Position numbers and translations under genes: made by a program. DNA of 64,000 bases from NCBI GenBank assembly GCA_037445915.1, contig JBBIJQ010000007.1, forward strand, positions 72 through 64,071, in the 5' to 3' direction. Position 1 is the stretch's first letter. Every line of letters begins with the position of its first letter. The notes under the pieces were generated by a model. The model was not told the DNA's origin. It did no database searches and worked only from the letters and a program-made list of their open reading frames with translations. Below are positions 10,200 to 20,043 of this stretch, one piece after another. Source of the stretch: Planctomycetales bacterium. GTDB taxonomy: Bacteria; 4484-113.

Positions 10200-11036
10200 A
10201 TGCTTAAAGAGGAAGTTGCGAAGAGGCTGCAGGCAGCGGGGGTTCATCCCGACAAGAAGCTGGGGCAGCACTTCCTCATTGACGACACGGCGCTCGCCAC
10301 GATGCTGCGCGAGGCCGACCTTTCCGCTAACGACGCCGTGCTTGAAGTCGGCGCGGGGCTGGGCACGCTCACCGAAGCGCTCTGCTCCCGCGCGGGGCAT
10401 GTCCTCGCCTATGAGCCCGACGAACGCCTTGCCAATTACCTGCGCGAAACGCTTGTGCCGCGCTTTCCCAACTTGGAGCTTCGCGAGAAATACATCAACC
10501 GCTACGAGCTGGAAAACGTGTGGGCGCAGTTTCCCGAGGGCTTGAAAATCGCGAGCAACCTTCCTTACGGCATCACGAGCGAGTTTCTCATCTCAGCGAT
10601 TGGCAACATCGCACACCTCGCCGACGTGCTGCTCATGCTGCAAAACGAAGTGGCGAAGCGGCTGGTAGCGAGCCCCGGCAGCAAGGCTTACGGCTCGCTG
10701 ACCGTCTATGCGCAGACGTTTTCCTACGCCGACGAGCTTATGTTCGTGCCGCGCGAGATGTTCGTGCCGGTGCCAAACGTGGACTCGCAGCTAACGCGCA
10801 TTCACGCGCGCTCGCGCATGCCCGAAATCGCCAAGCCCGCGCGCTATTTCCGGCTCGTGCAGGGCGCGTTCAAGCACCGCCGCAAGACGATTGTTAATGC
10901 GCTCGTGATGACGCTGCCCGACTTGAACCGCGACGAAATCCTGCGCCGCCTCGCGCGCACCGACATCTTCCCCGACCGCCGTGGCGACACGCTGACGCGC
11001 GACGAGTTCATCACCCTCGCGGGGATATTCGGGTAG
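10200..11036 (+). CDS. rsmA: 16S rRNA (adenine1518-N6/adenine1519-N6)-dimethyltransferase
   Basis: LGQHFLIDDTALATMLREADLSANDAVLEVGAGLGTLTEAL (SAM-binding motif of KsgA/RsmA). Confidence 0.9.
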   Translation: MLKEEVAKRLQAAGVHPDKKLGQHFLIDDTALATMLREADLSANDAVLEVGAGLGTLTEALCSRAGHVLAYEPDERLANYLRETLVPRFPNLELREKYINRYELENVWAQFPEGLKIASNLPYGITSEFLISAIGNIAHLADVLLMLQNEVAKRLVASPGSKAYGSLTVYAQTFSYADELMFVPREMFVPVPNVDSQLTRIHARSRMPEIAKPARYFRLVQGAFKHRRKTIVNALVMTLPDLNRDEILRRLARTDIFPDRRGDTLTRDEFITLAGIFG

Positions 11037-11056
11037 CTTTTTCCACATTCAAGGAT

Positions 11057-11084
11057 GGAGTCGGGACTTTCTAATCCCGACTCC
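11057..11084. terminator. 10-bp-stem hairpin (ggagtcggga-N8-tcccgactcc) in the convergent rsmA/topA intergenic region
   Basis: Perfect inverted repeat seen in sequence. The flanks are not U-rich, so function as an intrinsic terminator is uncertain. Confidence 0.35.
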
Positions 11085-11226
11085 GGAATCCTGAACGCGA
11101 CCAGAAAGTCGCGTCCCCGTCCAAGTATTACTACTTTATGAGTACGCCGGGCTCACCAGCCCGGCTAAGGAATCTCTGACACGCCAACAAAGTATCTACC
11201 GAGAGCAACCTGAACCTACGCCTTCC

Positions 11227-13551
11227 CTACTCATCCTCATGCGCCTTGTTGTTGGCGCATGCGGGGTTGCAGCAAAAGCGAAGCGTGGTCTCCTTGCGCT
11301 TGCGCTCGGCGATGAACCAGCCGCAAAGCTCGCAAGTGTCCACGGTCGGCCGCGCCCACATAATGAAGTCGCAGGCGTCCTTGCCCTTGTGCTTCCCTTC
11401 CGCCTCGGGCCCGGGGTTGTGCTCGCAGGAGTAGAAGATGCGGCGGTTCTTCGCCTGGTGCTTCTCAAGCTTGCCCTTCTTGCCCTGCGCCTTGCACTTG
11501 GGGCAGAACTCCTGCGGCTCGCGGATGTATTTGCATTTCGGGTAAGCGGAGCAGGACACGAATTCAATGCCGAACCTGCTTCTGCGCGCGGCGAGCTTCG
11601 CCTTGCCGCACTGCGGGCACATCTCGTCAAGCTCCTTGGCTGCGCCGGCTTTCTCGCCGTTTTTCTTGTAGTCGCATTCGGGGTAGCCGCAGCAGTTCAC
11701 GAACGGGCCGAAGCGCCCGTACCGCTCAACAAGCGGCTTGCCGCACTTGGGACACATTTCGCCGGTTTCCTTCGGCTTGGGGTGGTAGTCGTGTTCCTTG
11801 TCGGCAAGCGCGCGGTCAATGTCCGCCATCATCGGCTTGTATAGCGCGTCAACGAGTTTGCGCCATTCGTCCTTGCCTTCTTCAACTTCGTCAAGCTGCT
11901 CTTCCATCTTCGCCGTGAAGCCGATGTCCACTATTTCGGTGAAGAAGTCCTTGAGCAGCGCGGTCACGCAAAACGCCCATACCGTCGGCGCAAGCGCGCG
12001 CCCTTCGCGCACGATGTAGCCGCGCGCGATGATGGTCTCAATCGTGGGAGCGTAGGTGCTCGGGCGGCCGATGCCGTTTTCCTCCAGCGCCTTGATGAGC
12101 GAAGCCTCGGTGTAGCGCGGCGGCGGCTTGGTGAAATGCTGCATCATCGCAAGGTCCAGCATGTCCAGCGGCGTCCCCGCCTGCAGCTGCGCAGGCGCTT
12201 TGCCGTTCATCGCGCCGTTGCCGTTCTCTCCCTCTTCGCTTTCCTCGCGGTATGCGCGGTGGAAGCCGTCAAAGACGACGCTGGTGTCCGTCCTGCGGAA
12301 GCGCGCAGTGGCCGCGCTGCCCTGCGAAAGCACGTCGGTCTGACGTTGCAGGAATTTCGCATTCGCCATCTGCGACGCGAGGAAGCGGTTATAAATCAGC
12401 GTGTAAAGCTTAAGCTGGTCGGGATTCAGGCGCGATGCGATACGTTCGGGCGTGTAGGCGAGGTTCGTCGGGCGGATGGCCTCGTGCGCTTCCTGCGCGC
12501 TCTTGCGGCTGCCGTAATAGCGCGGCGCGTCGGGCAAGTATTCCTTGCCGAACGCCTGCATGATATGAGCGCGCGCCTCGGTAAGGAACTCAGGGGCGAT
12601 GCGTGTGGAGTCGGTGCGCATGTAGGTTATCAAGCCTTCCGGCCCGTCGCCCACGTCAATGCCCTCGTATAAAAGCTGCGCGGTGCGCATGGTGCGCTTG
12701 CCGTTGAATCCTAGCTTCTTGAACGCCTCTTGCTGCATCGTCGCGGTGATGAACGGCGCGCTGGGCGACTTGGTAGTTTGCTTTTCCTGCACCGAATCAA
12801 TCGCGTATGCAAGCCCGCTCAGCGCATCCTTAATTCCCTGCGCTTCGGCTTCGCTCGTGATGATGCGCGTATTTTCGTTTTGGTCCTGCGTGGGGGTGCT
12901 GATGCGCTTGGCGTCAAGTTCAACGAGCATCGCCTTGAACGCGGCGCCGCCGTGCGCGAACTCGCCCTCTAGCGACCAGTATTCCTGCGCCCCGAATGCG
13001 CGTATCTCTTCTTCACGCTCGCAAATGAGCCGCACCGCAACCGACTGCACGCGCCCTGCGCTCAGTCCCCGGCGCACCTTGCGCCAAAGCACCGGCGATA
13101 TCTTGTAGCCGACGAGCCTGTCCAATACGCGCCGCCCCATCTGCGCATTCACGCGCTCCTGGTTGATGGCGTGCGGGTTGGCGAGCGCAGCCTGCACCGC
13201 CTTGCGCGTGAACTCGTGGAACTCAACGCGCACAGCCTTGCGCTTTATCTCTTCCTGCAAGTGCCAGGCGATGGCTTCGCCTTCGCGGTCGGGGTCGGTT
13301 GCGAGCAGGACCTGCCCGGCTTCCTTCGCCGCGTCCTTAAGCTCTTTAAGAATCTTCTTCTTCGCGGGGATGGTGACGAACTCCGGCTCGTAGCCGTGGT
13401 CAACGTCAACGCTTAGTGTCTTCACAGGCAGGTCGCGCACGTGGCCCTGCGACGACATGACTTTATACTCGCCGCCGAGCAGCCGCGTAAGGGTGCGGGC
13501 CTTCGTGGGCGACTCAACAATTATCAGCGGTTTTTTATCGTTAGCGGGCAT
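11227..13551 (-). CDS. topA: DNA topoisomerase I with multiple C-terminal zinc-ribbon repeats
   Basis: TOPRIM start (KPLIIVESPTKARTL), catalytic Tyr region and repeated CPKCG/CxxC Zn ribbons at the C-terminus. Confidence 0.95.
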   Translation of the reverse strand: MPANDKKPLIIVESPTKARTLTRLLGGEYKVMSSQGHVRDLPVKTLSVDVDHGYEPEFVTIPAKKKILKELKDAAKEAGQVLLATDPDREGEAIAWHLQEEIKRKAVRVEFHEFTRKAVQAALANPHAINQERVNAQMGRRVLDRLVGYKISPVLWRKVRRGLSAGRVQSVAVRLICEREEEIRAFGAQEYWSLEGEFAHGGAAFKAMLVELDAKRISTPTQDQNENTRIITSEAEAQGIKDALSGLAYAIDSVQEKQTTKSPSAPFITATMQQEAFKKLGFNGKRTMRTAQLLYEGIDVGDGPEGLITYMRTDSTRIAPEFLTEARAHIMQAFGKEYLPDAPRYYGSRKSAQEAHEAIRPTNLAYTPERIASRLNPDQLKLYTLIYNRFLASQMANAKFLQRQTDVLSQGSAATARFRRTDTSVVFDGFHRAYREESEEGENGNGAMNGKAPAQLQAGTPLDMLDLAMMQHFTKPPPRYTEASLIKALEENGIGRPSTYAPTIETIIARGYIVREGRALAPTVWAFCVTALLKDFFTEIVDIGFTAKMEEQLDEVEEGKDEWRKLVDALYKPMMADIDRALADKEHDYHPKPKETGEMCPKCGKPLVERYGRFGPFVNCCGYPECDYKKNGEKAGAAKELDEMCPQCGKAKLAARRSRFGIEFVSCSAYPKCKYIREPQEFCPKCKAQGKKGKLEKHQAKNRRIFYSCEHNPGPEAEGKHKGKDACDFIMWARPTVDTCELCGWFIAERKRKETTLRFCCNPACANNKAHEDE

Positions 13552-13574
13552 AAGTAGGGGATGCGTTCAGGAAA

Positions 13575-14867
13575 TCAGAGCCGCGTATAGTATCCGCCAG
13601 GCAGCGATTTTACAAGTCCCTTCAATTCAAGCATGGTTAACCGCGCCGCAAGTTCCGCAATGCTGAGGCCTGTTGCGCGCGCAACGTCGTTGATATGGCT
13701 ACGCTCGTAACTCACGTTGTTGAGCACGCCTACTTCCTCCTCGCGCAGCTTAACTTCGGGTATCTCGCCCGGCTTCTTCGCAACGCGCGCAGGTTTCGGC
13801 GCGGCCTGCGCTTTAGGCTGGGCAGGCTTCATGTTTTCCTTTGGCGCGGGCTGAGGCTGCGCAGGCGCGGCATCCTTTGCCTTCGCATCGGGCATCATGA
13901 GTGGAAGCTGCAAATCGCCTTTTAACTTCTCAAGCTGTTGCGCCAGCAGCTCTGACTTGCGCTGCGGCCATTCGCTGACGATATCGTCCGCATCATCAAT
14001 GAGCTTCGCCTGCCCCGCCTTGATGAGCTGGTGGCCGCCCAGCGAAGCGAATTTCCCCGGGCAGCCGGGAAAGGCGAAAACTTCGCGGCCTGCGTCAATG
14101 GCGAACCGCGCGGTGATGAGCGCGCCGGAGCTAAGCGGCGCTTCCGCAACCACCACGCCGTGCGACAGCCCTGCGATGATGCGGTTGCGCTTCGGGAAAT
14201 TCTCTTTGATGGGGGCGGCGCCCGGCGCAAATTCGCTGACAACGAGCGCCTGCTCAATCAGCCTGCGGTAGAGCGCATCGTTTTGCGGAGGGTAAACGAC
14301 GTCCACGCCGCACCCGAGCACCGCGATAGTCATGCCCTGCGCATCCATCGCGCCCTCATGCGCGGCAGCGTCAATTCCCAGCGCCATTCCCGAGACGACC
14401 GTGAGCCCCAGCGACGCAAGCTCGTATGCGGTCTTGCGCGAATGCTTCACGTAATATTCAGACGCCTTACGCGTGCCTACGATGGCTATCTTGTCGGGAA
14501 GAAGCGGCTCAAGCCTCCCGCGCGCATACAAAACCGGCGGCGGCGAATCTATTACGGCGAGCTGTTCGGGGTAGCCGGGCTGGTCAAGGCCGAGGATGAA
14601 GATGCCGCTGTCCTTAAGCCTCTTGGCGAACGCGTCAATGTCCAGCGATCTGCGCAACTCCTCAAAGCGGTCGCGCAGTCCTGCGCTTGCGCCCGGCAAG
14701 TCCATCCATTCGGCAGGATGTGCTTCCCATGCCGCCTGATACGACCCGAAAACCGTCTTCAGCTCGCGCAGCAAGCGAGCGCCGACGCCTGACACCTGCG
14801 CCAGCGCAGCCTGGTGGATGACTTCTCCCGATGTATGCATGGCCGAGATATGTAGCACAATATACAA
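13575..14867 (-). CDS. dprA: DNA processing protein DprA (Smf) with C-terminal winged-helix domain
   Basis: IAIVGTRKASEYYVKHSRKTAYELASLGLTVVSGMALGIDAAAHEGA...IIAGLS. Classic dprA-topA adjacency. Confidence 0.9.
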   Translation of the reverse strand: MYIVLHISAMHTSGEVIHQAALAQVSGVGARLLRELKTVFGSYQAAWEAHPAEWMDLPGASAGLRDRFEELRRSLDIDAFAKRLKDSGIFILGLDQPGYPEQLAVIDSPPPVLYARGRLEPLLPDKIAIVGTRKASEYYVKHSRKTAYELASLGLTVVSGMALGIDAAAHEGAMDAQGMTIAVLGCGVDVVYPPQNDALYRRLIEQALVVSEFAPGAAPIKENFPKRNRIIAGLSHGVVVAEAPLSSGALITARFAIDAGREVFAFPGCPGKFASLGGHQLIKAGQAKLIDDADDIVSEWPQRKSELLAQQLEKLKGDLQLPLMMPDAKAKDAAPAQPQPAPKENMKPAQPKAQAAPKPARVAKKPGEIPEVKLREEEVGVLNNVSYERSHINDVARATGLSIAELAARLTMLELKGLVKSLPGGYYTRL

Positions 14868-14887
14868 GCGCTGCGCAAATGCGGCTG

Positions 14888-16078
14888 TTAAATAGGTAGC
14901 CTTCCGCGCTGCGCAAGTAGCCGTTTCATCACATCAATCTGCTTATGCACGATGTCTTTCTCCACATGCTGCTCAAGCACAATCGCGCGCGCGCGCTTGC
15001 CGAACCGCTGCGCCATCTCTTTGTCGCGCAGGAGCACAAGCACCTTTTCCGCCAGCGCTTTCGCGTCGCGCACTGGAATCAAGAATCCCGTTTCGCCCTC
15101 AACGACTTCCTCACGGCAGCCGCGAATGTTTGATGCCACGACGGGCAGCTCCATCGCCATCGCCTCAAGAATCGAGACGGGCAAGCCTTCGCGGTACGAC
15201 GGCAGGCAAAACACATCGCTGCATGCCAACAGGAGCGGGACGTCGTCGCGCATCCCCAACGGGTGGAAGAAGCGCTCTGCACCCGCGGCCTTGACCCACG
15301 ACGCGACAGTTTCGTCCGAGGGCTGCGAATGATCGCCTGCTACGCGCCCACCGATGAAGATGAAGCGCGCGTCCGGCATCTCATTGCCGACGATTGCGGA
15401 AGCTTCAATGAACTCGCGCATCCCTTTTTCGTATGAATACCGCGCGACCATTGCCACGACCTGAGCGTTTTCAGGAAATCCTAAGCCGCGCTTCACGGCA
15501 GCATTGTTTTGTGCCGCAAATCGCGCGCGGCTGAACATATTCGGGTCAACGCCGTTGCTGATGTACAGCGCTTTGGTCTGAGGTGTGATGCTTTTCGCCA
15601 CGGCGAAGTTGCGGTCCTCGCGGCTCACGAAAAACGTGAAGGTCGTGCACCGGCCTATGAGCTTCTCGGCCGATATTCCAAGCCACTTCTTCAAGCGGCG
15701 CGAGTTTTCGTGGAAGCTGAAGCCGTGGATGGTGTAGATGATGATAGGCGCGCCGGCGGCGCATGCTGCCAGCCTGCCGACTAGCGACGCCAGCGGGTTG
15801 TGAGTGTGGACGATGTCGTAACGCTCGCGCCTGATGAGCGCGACGAGCTTGAAGAAACGCGGAATGTTCCGCCAGTCAAAAGGCGACCTTCCATACGCAA
15901 GGCTTATCACACGCGCGCCAAGGCGCTCAATGTCGGCTGCCGAGCCTGAAGGCGATGCGGCGCAGTCCACCTGCCACCCTTCAGCCTGCATCCCCTTGAT
16001 AAGCTCAACGAGGAATGCCTTGAAGACGTGGTCAAGCCCAGCCGTAAGGAGAACCTTCACCTGCCGCCTTTGCGCCAC
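14888..16078 (-). CDS. glycosyltransferase family 4
   Basis: GT4 C-terminal motif EGLPVSILEAMAMELPVVASNIRGCREEV. Confidence 0.85.
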   Translation of the reverse strand: MAQRRQVKVLLTAGLDHVFKAFLVELIKGMQAEGWQVDCAASPSGSAADIERLGARVISLAYGRSPFDWRNIPRFFKLVALIRRERYDIVHTHNPLASLVGRLAACAAGAPIIIYTIHGFSFHENSRRLKKWLGISAEKLIGRCTTFTFFVSREDRNFAVAKSITPQTKALYISNGVDPNMFSRARFAAQNNAAVKRGLGFPENAQVVAMVARYSYEKGMREFIEASAIVGNEMPDARFIFIGGRVAGDHSQPSDETVASWVKAAGAERFFHPLGMRDDVPLLLACSDVFCLPSYREGLPVSILEAMAMELPVVASNIRGCREEVVEGETGFLIPVRDAKALAEKVLVLLRDKEMAQRFGKRARAIVLEQHVEKDIVHKQIDVMKRLLAQRGRLPI

Positions 16079-16118
16079 GCGATGAGTCTAGCAGAATGAG
16101 GAAGTGTAAGTCGTGCAG

Positions 16119-17060
16119 CTAGCCTAAGTTGCTGCGATACCACTGTGCAGCCTTCGCTAATCCTGCGTTTATGTCATATCGCGGGGAATAGCCAAGCGCG
16201 GCGCGGGCAGCCGATATGTCCGCCAATGAATCGCGAGGGTCGCCCTTGCGCGGAGGCTCAAACGACGGCACGCCGCTGCCCCCCAGCAGCCCTTTTAGCG
16301 TTTCATAAACGCTTATGATGCTCGCCTGCTGCCCATACGCGATGTTATACGCCTTGCCGCAGGCCTCTTCCGGCGCGCTGCACGCAAGCAAGTTCGCCTG
16401 CACGCAATCCTCAATGAACGTGAAGTCGCGAGTCTGCATCCCGTCGCCGTAGATTATCGCCTTGCCGCCCGTGAGCAGCGCGCTTGCGAAGCGCGGGATG
16501 ACCGCGGCATAGGCGGAATGCGGGTCCTGGCGCGGGCCATACACGTTGAAGTAGCGCAGCACGACCGTGGGCAGGCCGTAAACGCGGTGGAAGACGATGC
16601 TGTATAGCTCCTGCGCCAGCTTGGTCACGGCGTAGGGCGATAGCGGCCTCGGCGCGATGCTCTCCACGCGCGGCATCCCCGGGGCGTCGCCGTAAACGCT
16701 TGAACTTCCCGCGCAGACAAAACGCTGCACCCCCGCATCGCGCGCCGCCGCGAGCATGTTCACCGTGCCGGTCACGTTAGCTTCGTTGCTTGCCTGCGGG
16801 TCTTCAATGCTTCGCGGGACGCTTCCCAGCGCCGCCTGGTGCAGCACGAAATCCGCGCCCGCGCACGCCTTCGCGCATGCCGCCGGGTCGCAAACCGTCG
16901 CCTCGTGGAATTCAATGTCGCCAAGGAAGCCGCGCAGGTTTTCGCGCCTGCCTGTGCTGAGGTCGTCAAGGACGCGCACCTTCTCGCCCGCCTGCAGGAG
17001 CTGCAGGGCGATGTTGGAGCCGATGAAGCCCGCGCCGCCTGTTACCAGATATAACGCCAT
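16119..17060 (-). CDS. NAD-dependent epimerase/dehydratase (UDP-sugar 4-epimerase, WbpP/CapD-like)
   Basis: TGGAGFIGSN Rossmann motif, YxxxK region and LRYFNVYGPRQDP. Confidence 0.8.
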   Translation of the reverse strand: MALYLVTGGAGFIGSNIALQLLQAGEKVRVLDDLSTGRRENLRGFLGDIEFHEATVCDPAACAKACAGADFVLHQAALGSVPRSIEDPQASNEANVTGTVNMLAAARDAGVQRFVCAGSSSVYGDAPGMPRVESIAPRPLSPYAVTKLAQELYSIVFHRVYGLPTVVLRYFNVYGPRQDPHSAYAAVIPRFASALLTGGKAIIYGDGMQTRDFTFIEDCVQANLLACSAPEEACGKAYNIAYGQQASIISVYETLKGLLGGSGVPSFEPPRKGDPRDSLADISAARAALGYSPRYDINAGLAKAAQWYRSNLG

Positions 17061-17135
17061 CGCAATGCGGCGCGCCCCAGCGCGCCTAAGCCGATTCTAG
17101 CACAGGGCTTCAGGCGCAGTTCTCCAAGCTGCCGC

Positions 17136-17144
17136 AATGATATA
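17136..17144 (+). promoter_or_regulatory. extended -10 promoter element TGATATAAT upstream of purN
   Basis: TGnTATAAT match seen ~7 nt upstream of the purN start codon; near-leaderless arrangement. Confidence 0.4.
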
Positions 17145-17150
17145 ATCGCG

Positions 17151-17804
17151 GTGATGGCTGGGCGCATAGGAATTGCGGTGCTCATCTCCGGCGGCGGGAC
17201 GACCCTGAAGAACCTCATTGGCCGCATCGCCGATGGTTCCTGCCGCGCGGACATCAAGTGCGTCCTGTCGTCCAAGCCCGGCGCGCCGGGGCTGCAATAC
17301 GCCGAAGAAGCCTGCATCCCCTCAATCACCGTGCCGCGCAAGGAATATGCGACGCCGCCCGAGTTCTCCGAAATTGTCACGCAATCGCTCGCGCCCTTCT
17401 CGCCTGAGCTCATCGTGCTGGGCGGCTTCCTGAGCCTCTACCTTTACCCGCCGCAATACAACGCGCGCATCATCAACACGCACCCCGCGCTGCTGCCATG
17501 CTTCGGCGGCAAGGGGATGTATGGCGACCGCGTTCACGAAGCCGTGCTTGCGTCGGGATGCAAAATCACCGGCTGCACGGTGCACATGGTTGACCACGAA
17601 TACGACCACGGCCCGATAATTGCCCAGCGCGCGCTGCCCGTGCTCGCCGCCGACACGGTAGAAACGCTGGGCGAGCGCGTGCGCGCCGCCGAGCGCGAGC
17701 TGCTCCCCGAAGTCATAAACTGGTTCGCCGACGGCCGCGTGGAAATGCTGCCAAACGGCAAGGTTTACGTGCGCGCGCGCGACTTGATAGGAGATGCAAG
17801 ATGA
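17151..17804 (+). CDS. purN: phosphoribosylglycinamide formyltransferase
   Basis: IAVLISGGGTTL...NTHPALLP...HMVDHEYDHGPIIAQ (formyltransferase motifs). Confidence 0.9.
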   Translation: MMAGRIGIAVLISGGGTTLKNLIGRIADGSCRADIKCVLSSKPGAPGLQYAEEACIPSITVPRKEYATPPEFSEIVTQSLAPFSPELIVLGGFLSLYLYPPQYNARIINTHPALLPCFGGKGMYGDRVHEAVLASGCKITGCTVHMVDHEYDHGPIIAQRALPVLAADTVETLGERVRAAERELLPEVINWFADGRVEMLPNGKVYVRARDLIGDAR

Positions 17805-18571
17805 ACGAAGGGATGCGCGAAGTGGCTGGGCTGATGGCGCGTGCGCAGCGCGTGACAGTGCTAACAGGCGCGGGCATCTCCGCCGAAAGCGGCATCCCGA
17901 CCTTTCGCGGCAGCGGCGGCTTTTGGAAAGACGAAGAGGAGATGATGCGCCTTTCCACGCTGGAGGGATTCCTGCGCGACCCGCAGGCGGTCTGGGAGTT
18001 TTACGACCGCCGTCGCGTTCAGGCGAACTCGGTGCAGCCAAACCCCGGCCATGAATCGCTGGCTGATTACGAAACCCGCGCGCTGAGGCGCAGCGCCAGC
18101 TTCGCCTTGATAACGCAAAACGTGGACGGCCTGCATGCCCGCGCGGGAAGCCGCAACATTCTTGAGCTTCACGGAAGCATCTGGCATGCGCGCTGCTTCA
18201 AGGGATGCTCGCCCGATTTGTTCATGCTACCCGAGGAGCCGCTTCCGTCATACCCGCCCGAATGCCCGAAATGCGGTGCGATGCTGCGCCCGCACATCGT
18301 GTGGTTCGGCGAGAAGCTCCATCCCGCGATACTTGAAGAAAGCTTCGCGCTTGCCGAGGAATCGGACTTGATGCTCGTCGCGGGCACGTCAGGCCAGGTT
18401 TACCCCGCGGCGGGCCTCCCATACGTGGTGAAGCGCGCTGGCGGGACTGTAGTGCAAGTAAACATGGAGCCGACCGAGCTTAGCCACGCAGCCGATTACA
18501 ACATCTACGGCAAGAGCGGCGAGATACTTCCTGAGTTGATGACGTTCGTCCAACTTGGTGACAAACTATGA
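17801..18571 (+). CDS. cobB: NAD-dependent protein deacylase, Sir2 family (CobB-like, Zn-ribbon)
   Basis: VLTGAGISAESGIPTFRG, QNVDGLH, and CxxC...CPKCG zinc module. Overlaps purN by 4 nt. Confidence 0.9.
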   Translation: MNEGMREVAGLMARAQRVTVLTGAGISAESGIPTFRGSGGFWKDEEEMMRLSTLEGFLRDPQAVWEFYDRRRVQANSVQPNPGHESLADYETRALRRSASFALITQNVDGLHARAGSRNILELHGSIWHARCFKGCSPDLFMLPEEPLPSYPPECPKCGAMLRPHIVWFGEKLHPAILEESFALAEESDLMLVAGTSGQVYPAAGLPYVVKRAGGTVVQVNMEPTELSHAADYNIYGKSGEILPELMTFVQLGDKL

Positions 18572-20043
18572 AGACGCGCCTGTTGCTGCTGATACTGATT
18601 CCTTTAACAATGTGCCTGCTCGCAGTGAGCTGCATGAAGCCCAAGCCCAAGCAGCTGGATGCCGCCCCACAAGCCCCTCCGCCTTCGCTGGAAGCAAAAA
18701 CGCCCTTGGAACCTAAGGAGTATTCTCCAGTAGCGTTCCTTGACGAGTCACTCTACGCAGTTGGCAGGGAGCTCTTCTACAGCCCCGACGGGCGGATGAT
18801 TAAGCAAGCCGCGTACTTCGGCGGGACCGGCAAAGTCTTGACGCTGGTTACCGACTACGATCTTGTGCGAGCAGCAGATTGCGCCGGCCCGCTTTACCTC
18901 GTGAATGCCGAAGACGCAGCCGATGTTATGCAGTTAAAAGGCTCGGCTCAAGTTCTTGGCTTCATCAAGGAGCCGGTTGGCGGCTTCTATTATCATGCGG
19001 TGAAAGAGGGCGAACGCGACGCTCCTCCCGAAGAAGGGGGCGCGGGCCAAGTTGTGCAGCACAGCCCCATAATCAATACCAAGGTTATCCCGCACCACCT
19101 GACTACAGAGGGCCAGGATACCGCGCTGGAAATGGAGAACAAGTTCATTGACGGCGTGCTTCCGGATGGGAAGCTGTTACTGGCGCACGTGGTTGACCTC
19201 ACGCAGTTTGACGGGGGATACATCCGGGGGTTGGCGACGAAGTGGACCGTCCATGACCCTGCGGTGAAGAAGGATGTTCATTCCTTTGATTTCTCCCCCA
19301 TGCTCGCGCCCGACCTCTCAGCTGCGCTTGAAGTTGTGCGGTATTACGACTCCGCCAATTACGCCGACTCCTACTTCGCTTTATACCAGGGCGCGGTAGG
19401 CGCCCCTTCCGCGCAGCTAAAGCTCGTGTATTCCTGCCCTTACTTCATTACGCTGACATCCGAGCGCTGGAGGCCTCCCGCCGAGTTCATTGACGCAAAG
19501 CGTGTTCTCGTAGGGCGATTCGCGCCTGCCGATTCCACTTCGGGCGAAGCTAACGCAGTCCCGAACTCGCGTGGCTCGCTGACGCTGGAGAGCTTTGACG
19601 TGACGACGCACCGCCTGCGCACGCTGGTCAAAGACGTGCCGCCGTATATACGCGTGTTCACGCAAATGGGCGCGCCGGTTTTCTTCTATGTGTCCTACCA
19701 GATTCCCGAACTCATCAGGCGGCACAGCATTTGGGCTGCCGCCGTTGACGGGACGAAGGCGAGGCGGCTGGTGGAAAACACCGCTGCGCGGCGCGTGCGC
19801 ATAATGGACGTGGACTTCAAGAGCGGAAAGCTGCTTGTGGTTGAAGATTACGAAACAAGCTCGGGAAGCTACTCGCTGCTGCGCGAATTCAAGTTGAGCG
19901 CCGCCGCCCCGCCGCCTGAACCGCCGTCGGGAAAAGAAGAGCCACCAGAAGGAACACCTGCCCCGCAGCAAGGAGCGCAGCCGCCGGAAAGCGAAGGCGA
20001 GCAAGGCCCTCCGCCGATAAGCCTGCCGGGAACGAAGACTTAA
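18568..20043 (+). CDS. hypothetical lipoprotein
   Basis: Signal peptide with LAVSC lipobox and no recognisable domains. ATGA overlap with cobB. Confidence 0.5.
   Translation: MKTRLLLLILIPLTMCLLAVSCMKPKPKQLDAAPQAPPPSLEAKTPLEPKEYSPVAFLDESLYAVGRELFYSPDGRMIKQAAYFGGTGKVLTLVTDYDLVRAADCAGPLYLVNAEDAADVMQLKGSAQVLGFIKEPVGGFYYHAVKEGERDAPPEEGGAGQVVQHSPIINTKVIPHHLTTEGQDTALEMENKFIDGVLPDGKLLLAHVVDLTQFDGGYIRGLATKWTVHDPAVKKDVHSFDFSPMLAPDLSAALEVVRYYDSANYADSYFALYQGAVGAPSAQLKLVYSCPYFITLTSERWRPPAEFIDAKRVLVGRFAPADSTSGEANAVPNSRGSLTLESFDVTTHRLRTLVKDVPPYIRVFTQMGAPVFFYVSYQIPELIRRHSIWAAAVDGTKARRLVENTAARRVRIMDVDFKSGKLLVVEDYETSSGSYSLLREFKLSAAAPPPEPPSGKEEPPEGTPAPQQGAQPPESEGEQGPPPISLPGTKT

Noticed and set aside
17801-18571. 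Sir2-family protein as a Thoeris/defence-associated Sir2
   Set aside because: It has the Zn-ribbon and catalytic motifs of housekeeping CobB deacylases, is co-translated with purN, and has no TIR/ThsB-like partner nearby.
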